NCBI RefSeq assembly: GCF_009914755.1
Contig: NC_060926.1
Strand: one strand, 5' to 3'
Origin: the human T2T-CHM13v2.0 reference genome, Homo sapiens
Length of the DNA: 64,000 bases
The position numbers and the translations under genes were made by a program. Below, in pieces: positions 33,090 through 48,106 of the stretch (position 1 is its first letter; every line of letters starts with the position of its first letter). Below the pieces are notes generated by a model. That model made no database searches. It was not told the origin of the DNA and saw only the letters and a program-made list of their open reading frames with translations.

Positions 33090-34679
33090 GTATACTTCTT
33101 CCCTTCATCTCTTGCTCTCCTGCCTTTCTACTCTCTCTTAACTCTCTCAAATTATCCTTAATTGGCATAAACCTTTCTTCAGAAAATAAGGTGGCTTCAT
33201 GCTCTTGGGATGTCCTCCCTTTCCATTTGGTTTTCAAACCAGTGTTTCATTTGGAAACACTGTTTCCACAGTGTTCTTACAGCTCAAATAGTGGGCTGGC
33301 TGATAGAAATTTAAATAAGCAGTTCACAGTAACCTAGTAGCCTAAGAGAAGTTAAGAAAGAGCCAAGTCTTTGACAACACCAGAAATAAGACTCTTTCCT
33401 TTATAGGTTTTTCTTTTTCTGTCTTTGGTTTTAAAAAGAAGAAGAAACTGCACCAGATGCCAAATCACTGTATCCAACTTTTAATTTGGCCTCTGTATCA
33501 CATCAGGTACACATGTTGGCAGTGTCATGAAACTCCCACTGCTACTGGCCCAACCAACCTCCACCTGTTCAGTGACTATTTCTAGGCACGTTGACTAATC
33601 ATTACTTTCACACACCATGAGAAGCCTGGGTTCTTCTCTTGCCACCGCTTTCTAATGCTGCTAAGCTGTTTTCATGTAGATGCCTTCAAGTACTGTGATC
33701 TGACTTCACTATTTCCTGCCTATGTCTTCATTTCTTCTCTTTCACTTTTAAATAATGTACCAAAGTGGCATCTCTACCTTCAGTTCCCCGTAATCTTATG
33801 TTCTGTGTCCATGTCAACACTTGGCATCTTCTTTCAATAGCATCTGATTAACATTATATTTATTAAGAAATGTTTTAAATATGTTATAAGCGTAAGGTAC
33901 CTTTCCCTAATTCCCAGCACAGTTTCAGGACACCCCTTTCCCATGTATAAATTTTATTTTTCAATTTGGTAGGTGAGGCCCCTGAGAAGATGTATTTTGT
34001 TCACATCATACCTAGAAGTTCCAATTCACAAACAAAACATTATTAAGCACAAGGGAATAATACCAGCATTTTATAACTTCACTCATATTTAAAACCTCTG
34101 AATCATTAATTTATTTTATTTAATTGCTGCTCTGATCTGCTATTTAAATTGACTCTCTGATTTAGGCTCTGGCCTTTAATTTTGTTGAAATTATGTTAGT
34201 CTTGGTTTTTCTCACCTTCAAATGATTATCACTTCTTCCAAATTGTTTCTGTTATAAAATTTTATCCTAATATCTGCCAGAATAACTCCATTAAATACAC
34301 CTTTCATCACTATAACAAGTGACTTTCTCAAATATCTCTAATAATGCTTTTTATCTGCAAAACGAAAGCCAGTTAAAGACATTGTACTGACTTCTCTAAT
34401 GTTTTCTAAGTTTTTGTATCAAATACAATACTTAAAATATTACAAAATGTTATTCTTCTCCAATAATCTTAGAAGAAAAGTAATTGAAATGAAACACAAA
34501 GTGGAATTTTGTTGCTTAAAAATTCCACAAAATATATCCAACTTTCTTTGAGTGAGTTGTGTATCTTCTCTGTAATCTATCTCTTATAATCTTGACACTG
34601 TGCTTTTGAGAATGACACTGTTTTATTTACTCTTCAATTCCCCAAGCTGAAAAATGGCATAACATTCCCTAATCATCAC

Positions 34680-34955
34680 TTTTCCATCAATACTCAACAC
34701 TCAGCTAAAACATCTGTTACTTTGTGAAGGCTTTCGTTTTCCCACACCCAGACAGATTGAAGGATCTGTTAATACTCTTCTGTTTCACTATAACATTCTG
34801 TCTTTAATTCCATCATACCATATATCACATTGAAGAGTTATTGTTGATTTACTTGTCTGTCTTTGCCTTAAGACTTGAATGCAGGAAACATGTTTTTTAT
34901 CTCTGTCCATCCTACATATTATATTTACTGATAATAGGTATATGTTGAATGAAGA
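34680..34955 (+). mobile_element. L2 3' fragment
   Basis: 'gatttacttgtctgtctttgccttaagacttgaatgcaggaaacatg...aataggtatatgttgaatgaa'. Confidence 0.55.
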
Positions 34956-37900
34956 CCAAAAGGAAGGGCTCAAGTGATTGTATTGCATTTGCAGCCTGAT
35001 AGGTGAGACATGAAGCAAATGAGTAGAAAGTAAAGAGAAAATATCATCCTGAAGTATCTTGGAAAAAATGAAACAGTTTACATCTTGACACATGTCTCTA
35101 TTGTATCCTTTACTAGTGAACAGTACTGAACAATAGACTCAGGTAAACTGAAAGAAAGAGCAGATGATCATGGTAAGGTTACTGAGTGTGCATGTGGCAG
35201 ACATTCTCAGGGACAGATATAAATATGCATCAATATGAGGACAGGTAGCTGAGTCAGAAATGGAAATGTGTACAGTGAGTTTTTTCTGAAACAAGGTCTA
35301 ATGAAGCAGCAATAGATGTAGAAATAATTTGTAAACCCAGAGAACTGGTAAGTTTCAAAGACTGCATAATTAAGGGAGACAAATGTAAGGTAATCAATTA
35401 TTATCTAATGTATGTTCTTCTCACTTTTGACACACACAAAAACTAGGCATCATTATCTGCAAAATGAATCTAATCAGGTAGAGGTAGGGGTAAACACAGT
35501 CATCAAGCAAATATATCTGCAGGAAACTCTAAGGACTCAGATAAGGAAGAAAGGGGGATCAAGGGATTCACTAGGAATATGAACATCATGAGGGGAGATA
35601 AGTTAATATGTGCTTTAAAATTTGGCATTCCAAGAACACTGGCCCAGGTATCAGTCAATTAGGGCTTTAATTTTAGTCCTCCCACTACGTTCTCATGTGA
35701 TTTTGACAAGTCAATAGTCTTCTTTGATCCTCCCTTTTTTGATGTGTAAAAGGAAAATGTTAATTAGACTGCAGCTGAATTTTAACCATATGATAGTTTT
35801 CCTTTTTTGGGTGTTCTTCAAGAACATAATACCATGATTTTCCTGATTTATATGGATGCCACACCCTACTGCAATTCCTGGTCCATAGTAAAAGTTGAAT
35901 AGGGGTTTTCAAGTAGGAAATAAGACAATTACTTTTGGTTTCATTTTTTATGTTTTAAAGTTAATAGCCATAAGGTTACAAGTATGATTTGTTCTTTATT
36001 TAATAGTGTAATTTGAAGGAAAATGGGAAATTCCTTCCTTCTCCCAACTAAGAGCTCAGAGAAACTCTTCTTTGAACAGCTCACAGTGGGGAATTTTGGC
36101 TGAAAATTTCTGAAGCTAGATACCATAATAAGAAACTTATGTTTACCACACCAGCATACTGTAGTTGGTAAACAAATCTCACTCTGGCTTGTACCATGTT
36201 GGATCACAGGTTAAAGTTGGAAAATAATATTGCCTCTTGGTGGGCATGTCTATATGAGCTCAGGAAAGCATTGTAGAAGAGAAAAGAAAAGTCCCTCCAT
36301 AGGTTTTGCACCTAAGCAGTTTCCTAATCTGTTTATTAAAGAGCCCCAAATTAGTTTTTTACTAAGGACCCCAAAATTAGTTCTTTATCTTTTGTGTAAC
36401 TATTAATAAAATGGCATCCTGAGTCCTACTTTGCAATTGTTTTATAATTCCCTCAAGGCTATGTCAAGAAAGTTTAACTGTAGTACATCCAAATTTTAGC
36501 TTAACCTCCTGTGAACCTTAAGCCTCATTGCCATTTTGAAGTTTGAATGAAATAATAAATACTAGGTATCATGCATAATGCCTAGTACTTAGTAGGCACT
36601 CAATATAAGATAACTGTAATTATGAAGAAATATGTAGTTATCATTTTATTTTACAAAAGGAAATGAAATCTCATAGAGACTCAGGGGTACACTTTGTGTG
36701 GTTAATGTTCTTCTCACTTCCCTACACATTTTCCATATTTACATAGATGATTTTATTACAAAATATTATGCAAAATGAGAAATGTCCTTTAAGTGTTTTA
36801 ATAAACTTTATCAGTGTTTTTTTATTATATCAATAATTTGTGACAGTGAAAAGTTATATCAGCCACAAATCCTATATTAATACTCACCTCTTCACTAGCA
36901 GACTGCATGGTAAGTTCCAGATGGGATTCCTCTGAAGTCCAGGTAAATGAACTCAAGCGTATCCTTCATCCCAGTTCTGTGATGAAAGCCTGCTGTTCCT
37001 TGGGAAGGCAAGAGGAGGAATTTGAATGGCATCTTTGTTGGTGGAAGAGAGGGGATGATAAGAGTGCTTGTACATGATTCTTTGTAAGTTATCTCCCTGC
37101 TACCTTTCTTTTTCTAAAACATCCTATATAGAACTACAAGATTAATCTTTGCAAACACAGTTCAGATCATTTTTTTTTTCTGTTCAAAATCTTCAGCAAG
37201 TCAGAGCTGGCTGAATAAACTTTTAACTCACAGAATTAAGACAGACTTTGAGTTGATTATCATTAGGGATCTATTCATCCCACCAATTATTTAGCACATG
37301 TGTTTATCTAAACTTGTGTTTATCCCATTGTCTGACTTCCTCTGGAACACACAGAGGGGCAGGAAACTTACTACCAATTCCATGTACTGTTCTGTTTCTC
37401 ATAACGTCCTCACATTTATTAAAAAATCTGTCACCTTGCTGCTGCTGGAGAGCCACACAAAATAAATCATATTCCTGTCTATGTATGAGAGATCAATATC
37501 TTGGACATCATAGATCTTCTAAATCTCATCTCTCCTTTAAATTTAGACATTTCTCCAGCCAATTTTTCTCCTGCAGTCCTTACCCAAGCTTCAAGTCTCC
37601 CTCTAAGAAAGCTCTCTTCGTAATCCTCGCCCCCAGTCTCTTCTCCTAGAGAGATGTAATTTCTTTCCTGTCCTCACCTAATGAGTATGGTACTCCATTT
37701 TAGGGACCTCTTCCTATGCTTATTACTTTCTACCTATATTTATAGAAACATTTTACAAAACATTTCCATGCCACAATATTCTCACAAGTTGTCAATAGCA
37801 GTTAGTTGCAGGGAGTGGGGGTGGGGGATAGCCCATAAAACAACATACATTTATTTCCTAACCATAAAATGGATATTGGTTACACAGAATCCTCAGAATA

Positions 37901-38364
37901 CTAGAGGATTTTCAAATTTTGAATTTGCAAGGGTAGATGAAGGGTGTGCTGTGTATTTGTTTCTAAACTAACTTGATCATAGAATCCTGGGTTTCATCTG
38001 ATTGGATTTCTTGTGGTAAGCTCTTTTGACTAATAGTTACTCTAACAATGTCTCCTCTCTACTATTTGAATAGAAAGTCATTAATGGCCTCAGCACATGT
38101 TTCATATAGCTTTGCAACTGCCACAGTGACTTCCCATTGCCAAGTACTTGGTAAATATAAAAAATGTTTGAATAATCAAGTGATTAATGTATTATTGGGC
38201 AACAGATGAGTTTTCCATCTTTGTTGAGTTTTCACGGAGGTCAGATTTTCTTTATTGTTACAAATATATTTATGAAAATAAAACTAATCCTTCTCTTTTA
38301 ACCTTCTCTTGCTGTTTTCTTCTTCCTCATTCTCATTGTACTACCCTTCTAGACACAACAAATA

Positions 38365-38590
38365 TCTGAGTACCTGCTAGATGCCAGATGATGTAGTCAG
38401 TATTTCACATGCATTGTGCCCCTTAACACTTTTGATTCTTCTATGACATAGGGATTATTATCCTAATTTACAGATGAGCAAAATTAGATTCAGGGAAATT
38501 AAGTGAATTTCCTAAGGTACTACAACTAGTAAATATCATGACCAGAATTCAAACCACAGAATATCTAAATCCAAATTTCAGGCACCTGCT
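38365..38590 (-). mobile_element. MIR SINE
   Basis: 'attattatcctaatttacagatgagcaaaattagattcagggaaattaagtgaatttcctaagg...ccagaattcaaacc'. Confidence 0.8.
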
Positions 38591-39020
38591 TGCCAAATCA
38601 TTCCACTAAAGTATGTAACTATTCTCTTTTTGTATGTGAGAGTTGAACATACAGAAAGCATAGGTCCCTAATAAAATGTGAGATGAATGCCTTCACCCAC
38701 ACAAGTGATGGAATTCTCGGCTTTCAAACAGTGATACATGAAATCAAACATTCAGCTAAGATAGCTCATTCCACTTCTCCATAAATTTATTTTTCATTTC
38801 CAACTTTCTCCAGGGGCTAGATTAAAGGTCATGTGGAATCATATGGATGAAGAAATTTTCCTGCCAAATTAGCTCCTCCAGGTTGTTCCACACCCTTGGG
38901 TAAATGGTAAGCTTATTAGGAAGCTGCATGACATTTGTCATTACATGGGCTTTTCAATTCATTGCAAATTTCTTGTTCTAAGAGGAAGTCTTTAGTTTAT
39001 GAAATTCTTAAAAGCACTCA

Positions 39021-39350
<330 letters not shown>

Positions 39351-39361
39351 ATATATATATG

Positions 39362-40036
39362 CTACATTTTCTTTATCCAGTCTATTATTGAGGAATATTT
39401 GGGTTGGTTCCAAGTCTTTGCTATTGTGAATAGTGCCACAATAAACATGTGTGTACATGTGTATTTACAGTAGAATGATTTATAATCCTTTGGGTATATA
39501 CCCAGCAATGGGATTGCTGGGTCAAATGGTAATTCTAGTTCTAGATCTTTGAGGAATTGCCATACTGTCTTCCACAATGGATGAACTAATTTACACTCCC
39601 ACCAGCAGTGTAGAAGCATCCCTATTTCTCAACATCCTCTCCAGCATGTGTTCTTTACTGACTTTTAATGATCGCCATTCTAACTGGCGTGAAATGATAC
39701 CTCATTGTGGTTTTGATTTGCATTTGTCTAATGACCAGTGATGATGAGCATTTTTTCATATGTCTGTTGGCTGCATAAATGTCTTCCAAACACACGTTCT
39801 CACTCATAAGTGGGAATTGAACAGTGAGAGCTCGTGGACATAAGGAGCTCATGGACATCACACACTGGGGCCTGTTGGGGGGTGGATGGCTAGGGGAGAG
39901 ATAACATTAGGAAAAATACCTAATGTAGGTGATGGGTTGATGGGTGCAGCAAACCACCGTGGCATGTGTATACCTATGTAACAAAACTGCAAGTTCTGCA
40001 CATGTACCCCAGAACTTAAATAATAATAATAAAAAA
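39362..40036 (+). mobile_element. L1PA (L1PA7-like), 5'-truncated with 5' inversion
   Basis: Antisense ORF2 C-terminal segment 39362-39786, then sense 3'UTR 39787-40036 with A-rich tail; TSD aaatatatat(at)g at 39349-39361 and 40034-40044. Confidence 0.93.
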
Positions 40037-40671
40037 TATATATGTAATTAGTTAATGGAGCTATTAAAAATTAGTGAAACTCTTAAAATCATATATTCTT
40101 AAATATTATGAATAACCTATTAACCCAAAATTAGGAATATCAAACATATATATTTTGTTTTTACAAAGGCTTTTAATGACAATTTATATTAGCTCTGTTA
40201 GAAAACTGCAGCCTAGAGTGAATGGCATGGCAACAGTACTGGAGCTAATAACACAATAAGTGAAATATAGTCAGAGTTTCCAACTCTATAAACTTTCTCT
40301 ACCTAACACAATGGAAAATATAGGAGTTAGAGAGATGGAAAGAAAGTGATTGGTTTATGCTGTTGGTTGAAGGAAATTTAATATTATCTTTCCTGCCTTA
40401 TGTGAATAAAATATTCTATGATTATTTCAGACTTATTGATATTTATCAGAACATTACATCAACACCTCAAAATTCAAATCACATATGATAGGAATGGTGT
40501 TTGAGATTTGAGGGGAGAAATGGGCATGGCAATGTTATTATACAAGCCAATTATTCTGAGAAAAGTGGTTTGGGGCTATTTCTTCAGCATAAAAGTCTAT
40601 GTTTTTCTATTAACACCTGGTGACACCATTCCTCTGTCCACACAGAATAGCTCCAGAAATAGCACTTGACC

Positions 40672-42993
40672 TGTATTGGTCCATTCTCATGCTGTTAATA
40701 AAACCATACCAGAGACTAGGTAATTTAAAAAGGAATGAGGTTTAATTGCCCCACAGTTCAGCATGGCTGGGAGGCCTCAGGAAGCTTACAATCATGGCAG
40801 AAGGGGAAGCAAACACATCCTTCTTCACGTGGCAGCAGGGAAGGAAAGTGCTGAGCAAAAGGGGGAAAAGCCCCTTATAAAACCATCAGATCTCACAAGA
40901 ACTCACTCACTATTATGAGAACAGCATCATGGGGTTAACTGCCTCCTTGATTCAATTACCTGCCACAAGGTCCCTCTAATGACACATGGGGATTATGGAA
41001 ACTATAATTCAAGATGAGATTTGGGTGGAGACACAGCCAAACTATATTATTCCACCCTTGCCCCTCCCAAATATCATGTCCTCACATTTCAAAACACAAT
41101 CATGGCTTCCCAACAGTCCTTCAAAGTCTTATCTCATTCCAGCATTAACCCAAAGGTCCAAATCCAAGGTCACATCTGAAACAAGGCAATTCCCTTCCAC
41201 CTATGAGCCTGTAAAATCATAAGCAAGTTAGTTACTTCCTAAATACAATGGGGTACAGGCATTGGGTAAATACCCCCATTCCAAATGAGAGAAATTGGTC
41301 AAAATGAAGGCACTACAGGAGCCATGAAATTCCAAAATCCAATAGAGCAGTCATTAAACCTTAAAGTTCCAAAATGATCTTCTTTGTCTCCATGTCTCAC
41401 ATCCAGGTCACATTGATGCAAGAGGTAGGCTCCCATGGCCTTGAGCATCTCCACCCCTGTGGCTTTGCAGGGAATAGCCCCCCTCTAGGCTGCTTTCACG
41501 GGCAGATGTTGAGTGTCTTCAGCTTTTCCAGGTGCAGAGTGTAAGCTTTCAGTGGATCTATCATTCTGGGGTCTGAAGGATGGTGGCCTTCTTCTCACAG
41601 TTTCACTAGGTGGTGTCCCAGTGGGGACTCTGTGTCAGGGCTCCAAAATCACATTTTCCTTTCACACTGCTCTAGCAGAGGTTCTCCATGAGGGCTTCTC
41701 CCCTGCAGCAAACTTCTGCATGGACATCTAGGTGTTTCCATACATCCTTTGAAATCTAGGTGGAGGTTCTCAAACCTCAATTCTTGTCTCCTGTGCACCC
41801 GCAGGCCCAACACCATATGTAATCCACCAAGGGGCTTGTATCCTCTGAGGCAATGGCCTGAGCTCCAGCTACAGCTGGAGCTGAAGCAGCTAGGATGCAG
41901 GGCATCATGTCCTGAGGCTGCATAGAGCAGGAAGTCCCTGGGGCCAGCTCAGGAAACCATTTTTCTCTCCTAGGCCTGCAGGCCCGCAATGGGAGGGTCC
42001 ACTGTGAAGGTCTCTGACATGCCTTGCAGACATTTTCCTTGTCTTGGTAATTAACATTTGGCTCCTCATTACTTATGCAAATTTATTCAGTGAGCTTGAA
42101 TTTCTCCCCAGAAAATGGAGTTTTCTTTTCTATCACATTATCCGGCTGCAAATTTTCCAAACTTTTATGCTTTGCTTCCTCTTGAACACTTTGCTGCTTA
42201 GAAATTTATTCCACCAGGTATCCTAAATCATCTCTCTCAAGTTCAAAGTTCCACAGATCTCTAGGGCAGGGGCAAAATGCCACCACTTTACACAGCAAAA
42301 GTGACCTTTACTCCAGTTCCCAAAAAGTTCCTCATCTCCTTCTGAGACCACCTCAGCCTGGACCTTATTGTCCATATCACTATCAGCATTTTGGTCAAAG
42401 CCATTCAACAAGTCTCTATGAAGTACGAAACTTTCCCACATGTTCCTGTCCTCAGAACCCTCCAAATCTTTAGGAAGTTCCAAATTTTCCCACATTTTCG
42501 TATCTTCTCCTGAGCCTTTCCAAACTGTTCCAACCTCTGCCTGTTACCCAGTTCCAAAGTTGCCTCCCCATTTTCAGGTATCTTTACAGCAGCTCTCCAC
42601 TACCCAGTACCAATTTACTGCATTAGTTTGTTCTCATATTGCTAATGAAGACATACCTGAGACTAGGTAATTTATAAAGGAAGGAGGCTTAATTGACTCA
42701 CAGTTCAGCATGGCTGGGAGGCCTTATGTCACTTACAATCATGGTGGAAGGGGAAGCAAACACGTCCTTCTTCACATGGTGGCAGGAAGAAGTGCTGAGC
42801 AAAAGGGGGAAAAGCCCCTTATAAAACCATCACATCTTGTGAGAACTCACTCACTATTATGAGAACAGCATCATGGGGGTAATCACCCCCATAATTCAAT
42901 TGCCTCCCACCAGGTTCACCCCAGGACACATGGGGATTATGGGAGCCACAATTCATGATGAGATTTGGGTGGGTACACAGCCAAACCATATCA
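40672..42993 (-). mobile_element. Complete THE1 (THE1C-like) MaLR provirus: LTR-internal-LTR
   Basis: LTRs 40672-41049 and 42619-42993; polypurine tract (rc of ttccaccct) at 41050; PBS-side 'ccagtaccaatttac' before 42619; perfect 5-bp TSD TGACC at 40667-40671 and 42994-42998. Confidence 0.96.
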
Positions 42994-43429
42994 TGACCCA
43001 AAAATTAGCAGTTGATAGCAGGACCTTTAAAATATAAGGTTGTTTTAATGGAGAATTTTCCCTAATAGGCAAGATACTGGCTAAAAAGTCTATTTCTCTT
43101 CAAGTGTTTAAATATGGGTTGCCATATCAGGTATATATCACCTCAATAATATTTCATAACACTGATATGTAAGATTGAAGAATTTATTTGATGGTGGGAC
43201 ACTGAACACTGATACCCACATGCAGTTAGCTAGGTTCTCAAGCTCTTTGTGGATTGGCTAATTTGAGTTATTTCTATTGACTCTGTATGTTGTCTGCTGC
43301 CTGGCCCCAGGGTGATATGGTAGGTGCATGTGAGAGTCAAATACTTAATTAGCTGCTCAAGATGGGGAACTCACTTGTCCCTAGCCAGGGCCTCAAAACT
43401 GGGTCAAGACAACATTTTAAAAGAGAGAA

Positions 43430-43869
43430 AAACTATTGTGTAACAACTAATTCCAAAATTTCACTGGCTTAAAATAATGAGCTGCTCATGCAGCTTTGGA
43501 TTGGCTCCAGTAGTTCTGCTGATCTTGGCTGAGCTCTTCTGGGCTTGGCTCCATGCCACCTGTTTACTTCAGGTCTGTTTCACATGCATCTCATTCTTTG
43601 GGGATCTGAAAGACACTTGGGATATGAGCTCACGGCTACAGCAGAAACACAAAAGGGCAGGTCCAGTCATGTAAGTATTTTTAAAGCCACTCCTTGCATT
43701 GTGTCTGCCAACATCCCATTTACCAAAAGACGGCATACAGCAGAGTCCAAAGGCAAAGGGCAGAAATATGTACACCCTGCCTCTAGTGGGAAGAATTTAA
43801 ATGTCATATGGCAAAGGATATAGATACAGGGAGAGTGAGGAACTGGGAACCATAATTCAATCTATCACA
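43430..43869 (-). mobile_element. MLT1H-like LTR
   Basis: 'tgtgtaacaact...tggcttaaaa...ctgccaacatcccatttaccaaa...ggatatagatacagggagagtgaggaactggg...caatctatcaca'. Confidence 0.7.
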
Positions 43870-44931
43870 GATGAAAAAGAGAGAAGAGGAAGAGAGAGAT
43901 TGAAGACAGAGTTGGTGATTGTTAGAAAGGATAAGGGCAAGAGTAGGAAGATGCAGAGCTTCACCAGGTGATGTTCATGAAGAGGCACCAATGAAAGAAT
44001 TTCAGAGTCTCTTAATGAGATGAAAAGGTAACATACTCCCCAGTCATTGTGTATTCTGCATGACCTTTTAAACCCAAGCTTCCTGCGGTTCTTCCATACT
44101 TAAGTCTTGGCATTATTATCTTCCTTGGTTATCTTGAGGAACAGTATCCAGCATCAGTTTTCTGTTTCCATGTTTCTTAGTGCATCTTTTCTCATTAAAG
44201 ACCATGGTTGATACAACCCTCAGATTCTATATTTGAGCTTGAATTTCTAGTCCCTTTTGTCAGTGAAGAAGATAAGAGAAAATAGAAAAGAATTGCATTT
44301 GTTGGCATTTTTGGGGAGTCCCTTCATTTGTATTCTCTCTTCATTTATCACTGTACTTCCTGTCAGTCAACTCTGTTAGACTTCCCCAGTTTTCCTTTCT
44401 GTCAATGACTTCTTTCCTCTCATCCCTTCTTACTCCCTCTCATGTTTTCTATCTTTCTGTTCTTCCAGGTCATTTTTACCCCAATTCCTATTATTTTAAT
44501 GCCTTTGTCCCTTCATGCACTCCATTGTAGCTTACTTCCTACTATTCTCCAACTCCATTTATTTTATCTTACCTTTTCCCCTTCCTCCTTCTAAAAGGGC
44601 CTCCTAAAAAGTTAGGTTGATTAAATAAAATCATTAGAGTTACTTTTAATACTACCATTTTTCATCATTATAAATGTTTTAAGGGTTTCTTGCAGTGGAG
44701 TGATAGTTTCTTGTTCCCCTAAAGTACAGAAGGACTATCAGGTCTCTGCTTAACTCTGGCCACTTATCATTAGAGAAACGAATGTCCCTGCAGTTGCTGC
44801 CTAACCAGATTGCAGTTCTGCTGGGCTGCAGCTACTGGAGGGAACATTTTAAATCACAGCAAACTTTGAAGTATGAGGCTGGGGAGATAGGGTCAAAACA
44901 ATCCTAATTTCCCAGGTGAGTGTGGCATCAC

Positions 44932-44952
44932 AAAAAAAAAAAAAAAAAAAAA
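44932..44952. repeat. A21 mononucleotide run
   Basis: 21 consecutive A with no adjacent SINE/LINE body. Confidence 0.9.
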
Positions 44953-47690
44953 GGGATTATGACCTGAATTGGTCTTCAGGGCTAGATTACAGAGAATCAC
45001 CATAACTTCAGCAAAGCTTTAACCCTCACCACCCCCGTGTATTCTCCAGGGAGAAAGTGTCTTCCTGTTACTGGCTGTCCTTACAGAAAAACATGCTTTT
45101 ATTATTCCCTTGGACGAGGGACCTTTCATATTCAATCTCACAGGCAAGCTACAGCTCTTTCTGCTATAACAGAGCTCTGTAATTACAGTTATTAATCTTA
45201 AAATCATGGGCTCTAATTTAAAAGGTTTCTTGTAACCTGAAAGTCTTTCAAAATATAATGGTGCAAAAAATAAATCACTCTCTGCAAGTGGCATCTATGC
45301 TTGGTAAATGCCGGCAGTAAGAAGGATATAAACGTATTCCCCAAACAGGTACCATAAACTGAGAAATAACACAGTGTCAACCATAAACATGTCTTTGCCA
45401 TAGCCTTGCCTAAAAATCTTCTCACTCACAAACCTGAGAGAAGCCTTTCAAATGCTATTTCAAAAAGAAAATCAATAAACCTGCAGAAAGTCTAGCTGCC
45501 CTGAAAAGTTTCCACCATATCTCCATGTCTGCTGCATTTTCCAGCATCATTTCCTCTCCTCCTTTATCACTCCCTTTCTCTCCAGTCACTGCTCCATCAC
45601 TGGGATGAGACAAGCACCCCTCGGTACCAATCAACACAGTGCAGGTCTTCTCTGAAGAAAAGCAAACTCTTTTTCCTAAAGTATTTCACAAGCTGCCTGC
45701 CTGCCTACTCTATTCTATGTAATGAAGGCATTTAGTTCTCTATATGTGTATAGATGGAAAGAGTAGAATAGGGACTCCGTGGGGGATGAGTGCAAAGTGA
45801 CCTGGTCTCATATGCTTTTCTCTCATCTTGGCTCCTTGACTAGTCATCCTGCTTACCTAGTCAGTCCTATCATTTTACTAAGTGCTTATCTGCCTGAGCT
45901 AACTGTCTTGAATGTGATTCCTTGCTGGGATACATTCCATTCCAAATTGGGCACATTATTTTTCAGAATCTTCTCCTTTCTATATTTTGGGTATGCTCAT
46001 TCTTCAACTTTTACCCCACAACAATATTCAGGCTTCTCCTATAGCTAATAGTTGTTCACACCGTGTTGTGACAGTATGCATTCGCATCTCGATTAGACAA
46101 TTCATGATGAGGAGGCAGTGGGACATTGTCATTATAAATGACAGAGTAGAGCTTTCAGAATCTTCAAAGCCAACATGCTGTGCACATACTGACTTTGTTA
46201 TACTGCCTACCTCCTAACACTTGCTGAGGAATGATAAAATGCAGAAACATTGAATTCACTGCATGTATATTTGGAGGTGGCGGGGAAGAGAGGAAACTGG
46301 AAAATCAGTAAGATCAGCTGTTTTGGAAGTGTGGGGCTATGATAAGATCTTAAAATCTTTGTCTAAAATAACTAAGAAACAAGACTCTTGAGTTCATATT
46401 TGTAATGAGTTAAAATTGATGAAGCCTTGTATCACTGCCTGGCCTTTATGTGAGGGTTTGCTTAATAAATAAATAAATAAGTGTCTCTTTTCCTGGAGCA
46501 GATACAAACACTGGCACTAATATAAAGGAGAGACCATGCCATGAATGAAGAAAGGAGTTTTTAATTTGATAACACATGATAGCTAATTATTAAATGCTAA
46601 AGTTTAATTTCGGTGTATTTCAGTGGATAATACATTGACAGTAAAAAAATGGAATGATTATGGTATTTCATTGGGGAGCATTTTTCTCATAGAATGCATA
46701 AAAACAAAATATGATAAACAGTTTTGCAGATGGAAGAAGTTTAATGATATTTTGGAGTCATTTTGTTTGTACCCTAGATAATAAGCATGAGATTTAGTAT
46801 GGATTTGTTTGATTTCCTTTTCCATCTGCAACAAACCTTAGCTAACTAGATATGTTGATTTTAGTCTTTTCATTTATATTGTAATTCAGGTTTATATTAA
46901 AGTTCTCATTTATAATCTCATACATTGAATATATCTACCTCATTTTAATTCATTTTTCTTTCTTCTCATTTTCTGCACTCAATTTTTTTGAGACTCTTTT
47001 TTTTAACCCCTTAGCTGAGAGTAACAATTTTTTTGACATTTATTTGTTCTAATGAACAATGCAATATTTCCTCAACACTAGCAATTTGACGTTTTATTTT
47101 TTTTTTTCTCTTACAATTTAACTACCTTTCCTTTTTGGTAAAGATTTCCTCTAAATTTTTCAAGGACTTAAATAATAATATTTGTTCAAAATATTTTTTT
47201 TTTTTAGTTACTCCCTCTAAAGAACAAGCATAGTATCACAGATAAAACACAAGGTTTAACCTCTGATTAACTCTGAATCTTAGTTCTGCTGCTTACCAAA
47301 TGCATGGTCTTAGATATTTCAACATCATTTTTTTTAACTTATCTGTCAAACTGAGCAGATGTAATGCTTGCCTTAATCTCACAAGATTTGTGACAAAGCA
47401 ATAAATTAAAGAAGTTAAAATTATGTTACAATTACAAATTAGTATGTGCCTGTCCATTATAAATGTATTATAGGACATAAACTTATTAAATACCAGCTGT
47501 TTCAATTAATATATCTGTATATATAAATGATTTTTATTGACTCAGAAGGCATTTATGGATCTCACTTTTTATTGTGATTATTATGATCATCAACTATCAA
47601 CATGTTGAATAAGTTCAAAATTCAAACTTTTCCAACAATGGGTTTTTTTTTTTCACCATACAATGAGATAGATATTCAGTATAGTCATAG

Positions 47691-48039
<349 letters not shown>

Positions 48040-48106
48040 AGAACTCAGCTTTTTAGGTGAGGAAAAAAATAAACCCATTGAAGTCAAAAAATTTACCAAA
48101 GGTAAT

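Noticed and set aside
32867-33337. 156-aa and overlapping 110-aa ORFs
   Set aside because: Held open partly by the (GT)n repeat (VC/HT runs); no domain or coding signature
42409-42530. ~55-bp tandem duplication inside THE1 internal region
   Set aside because: I recall this as part of THE1-int consensus, so it is not locus-specific
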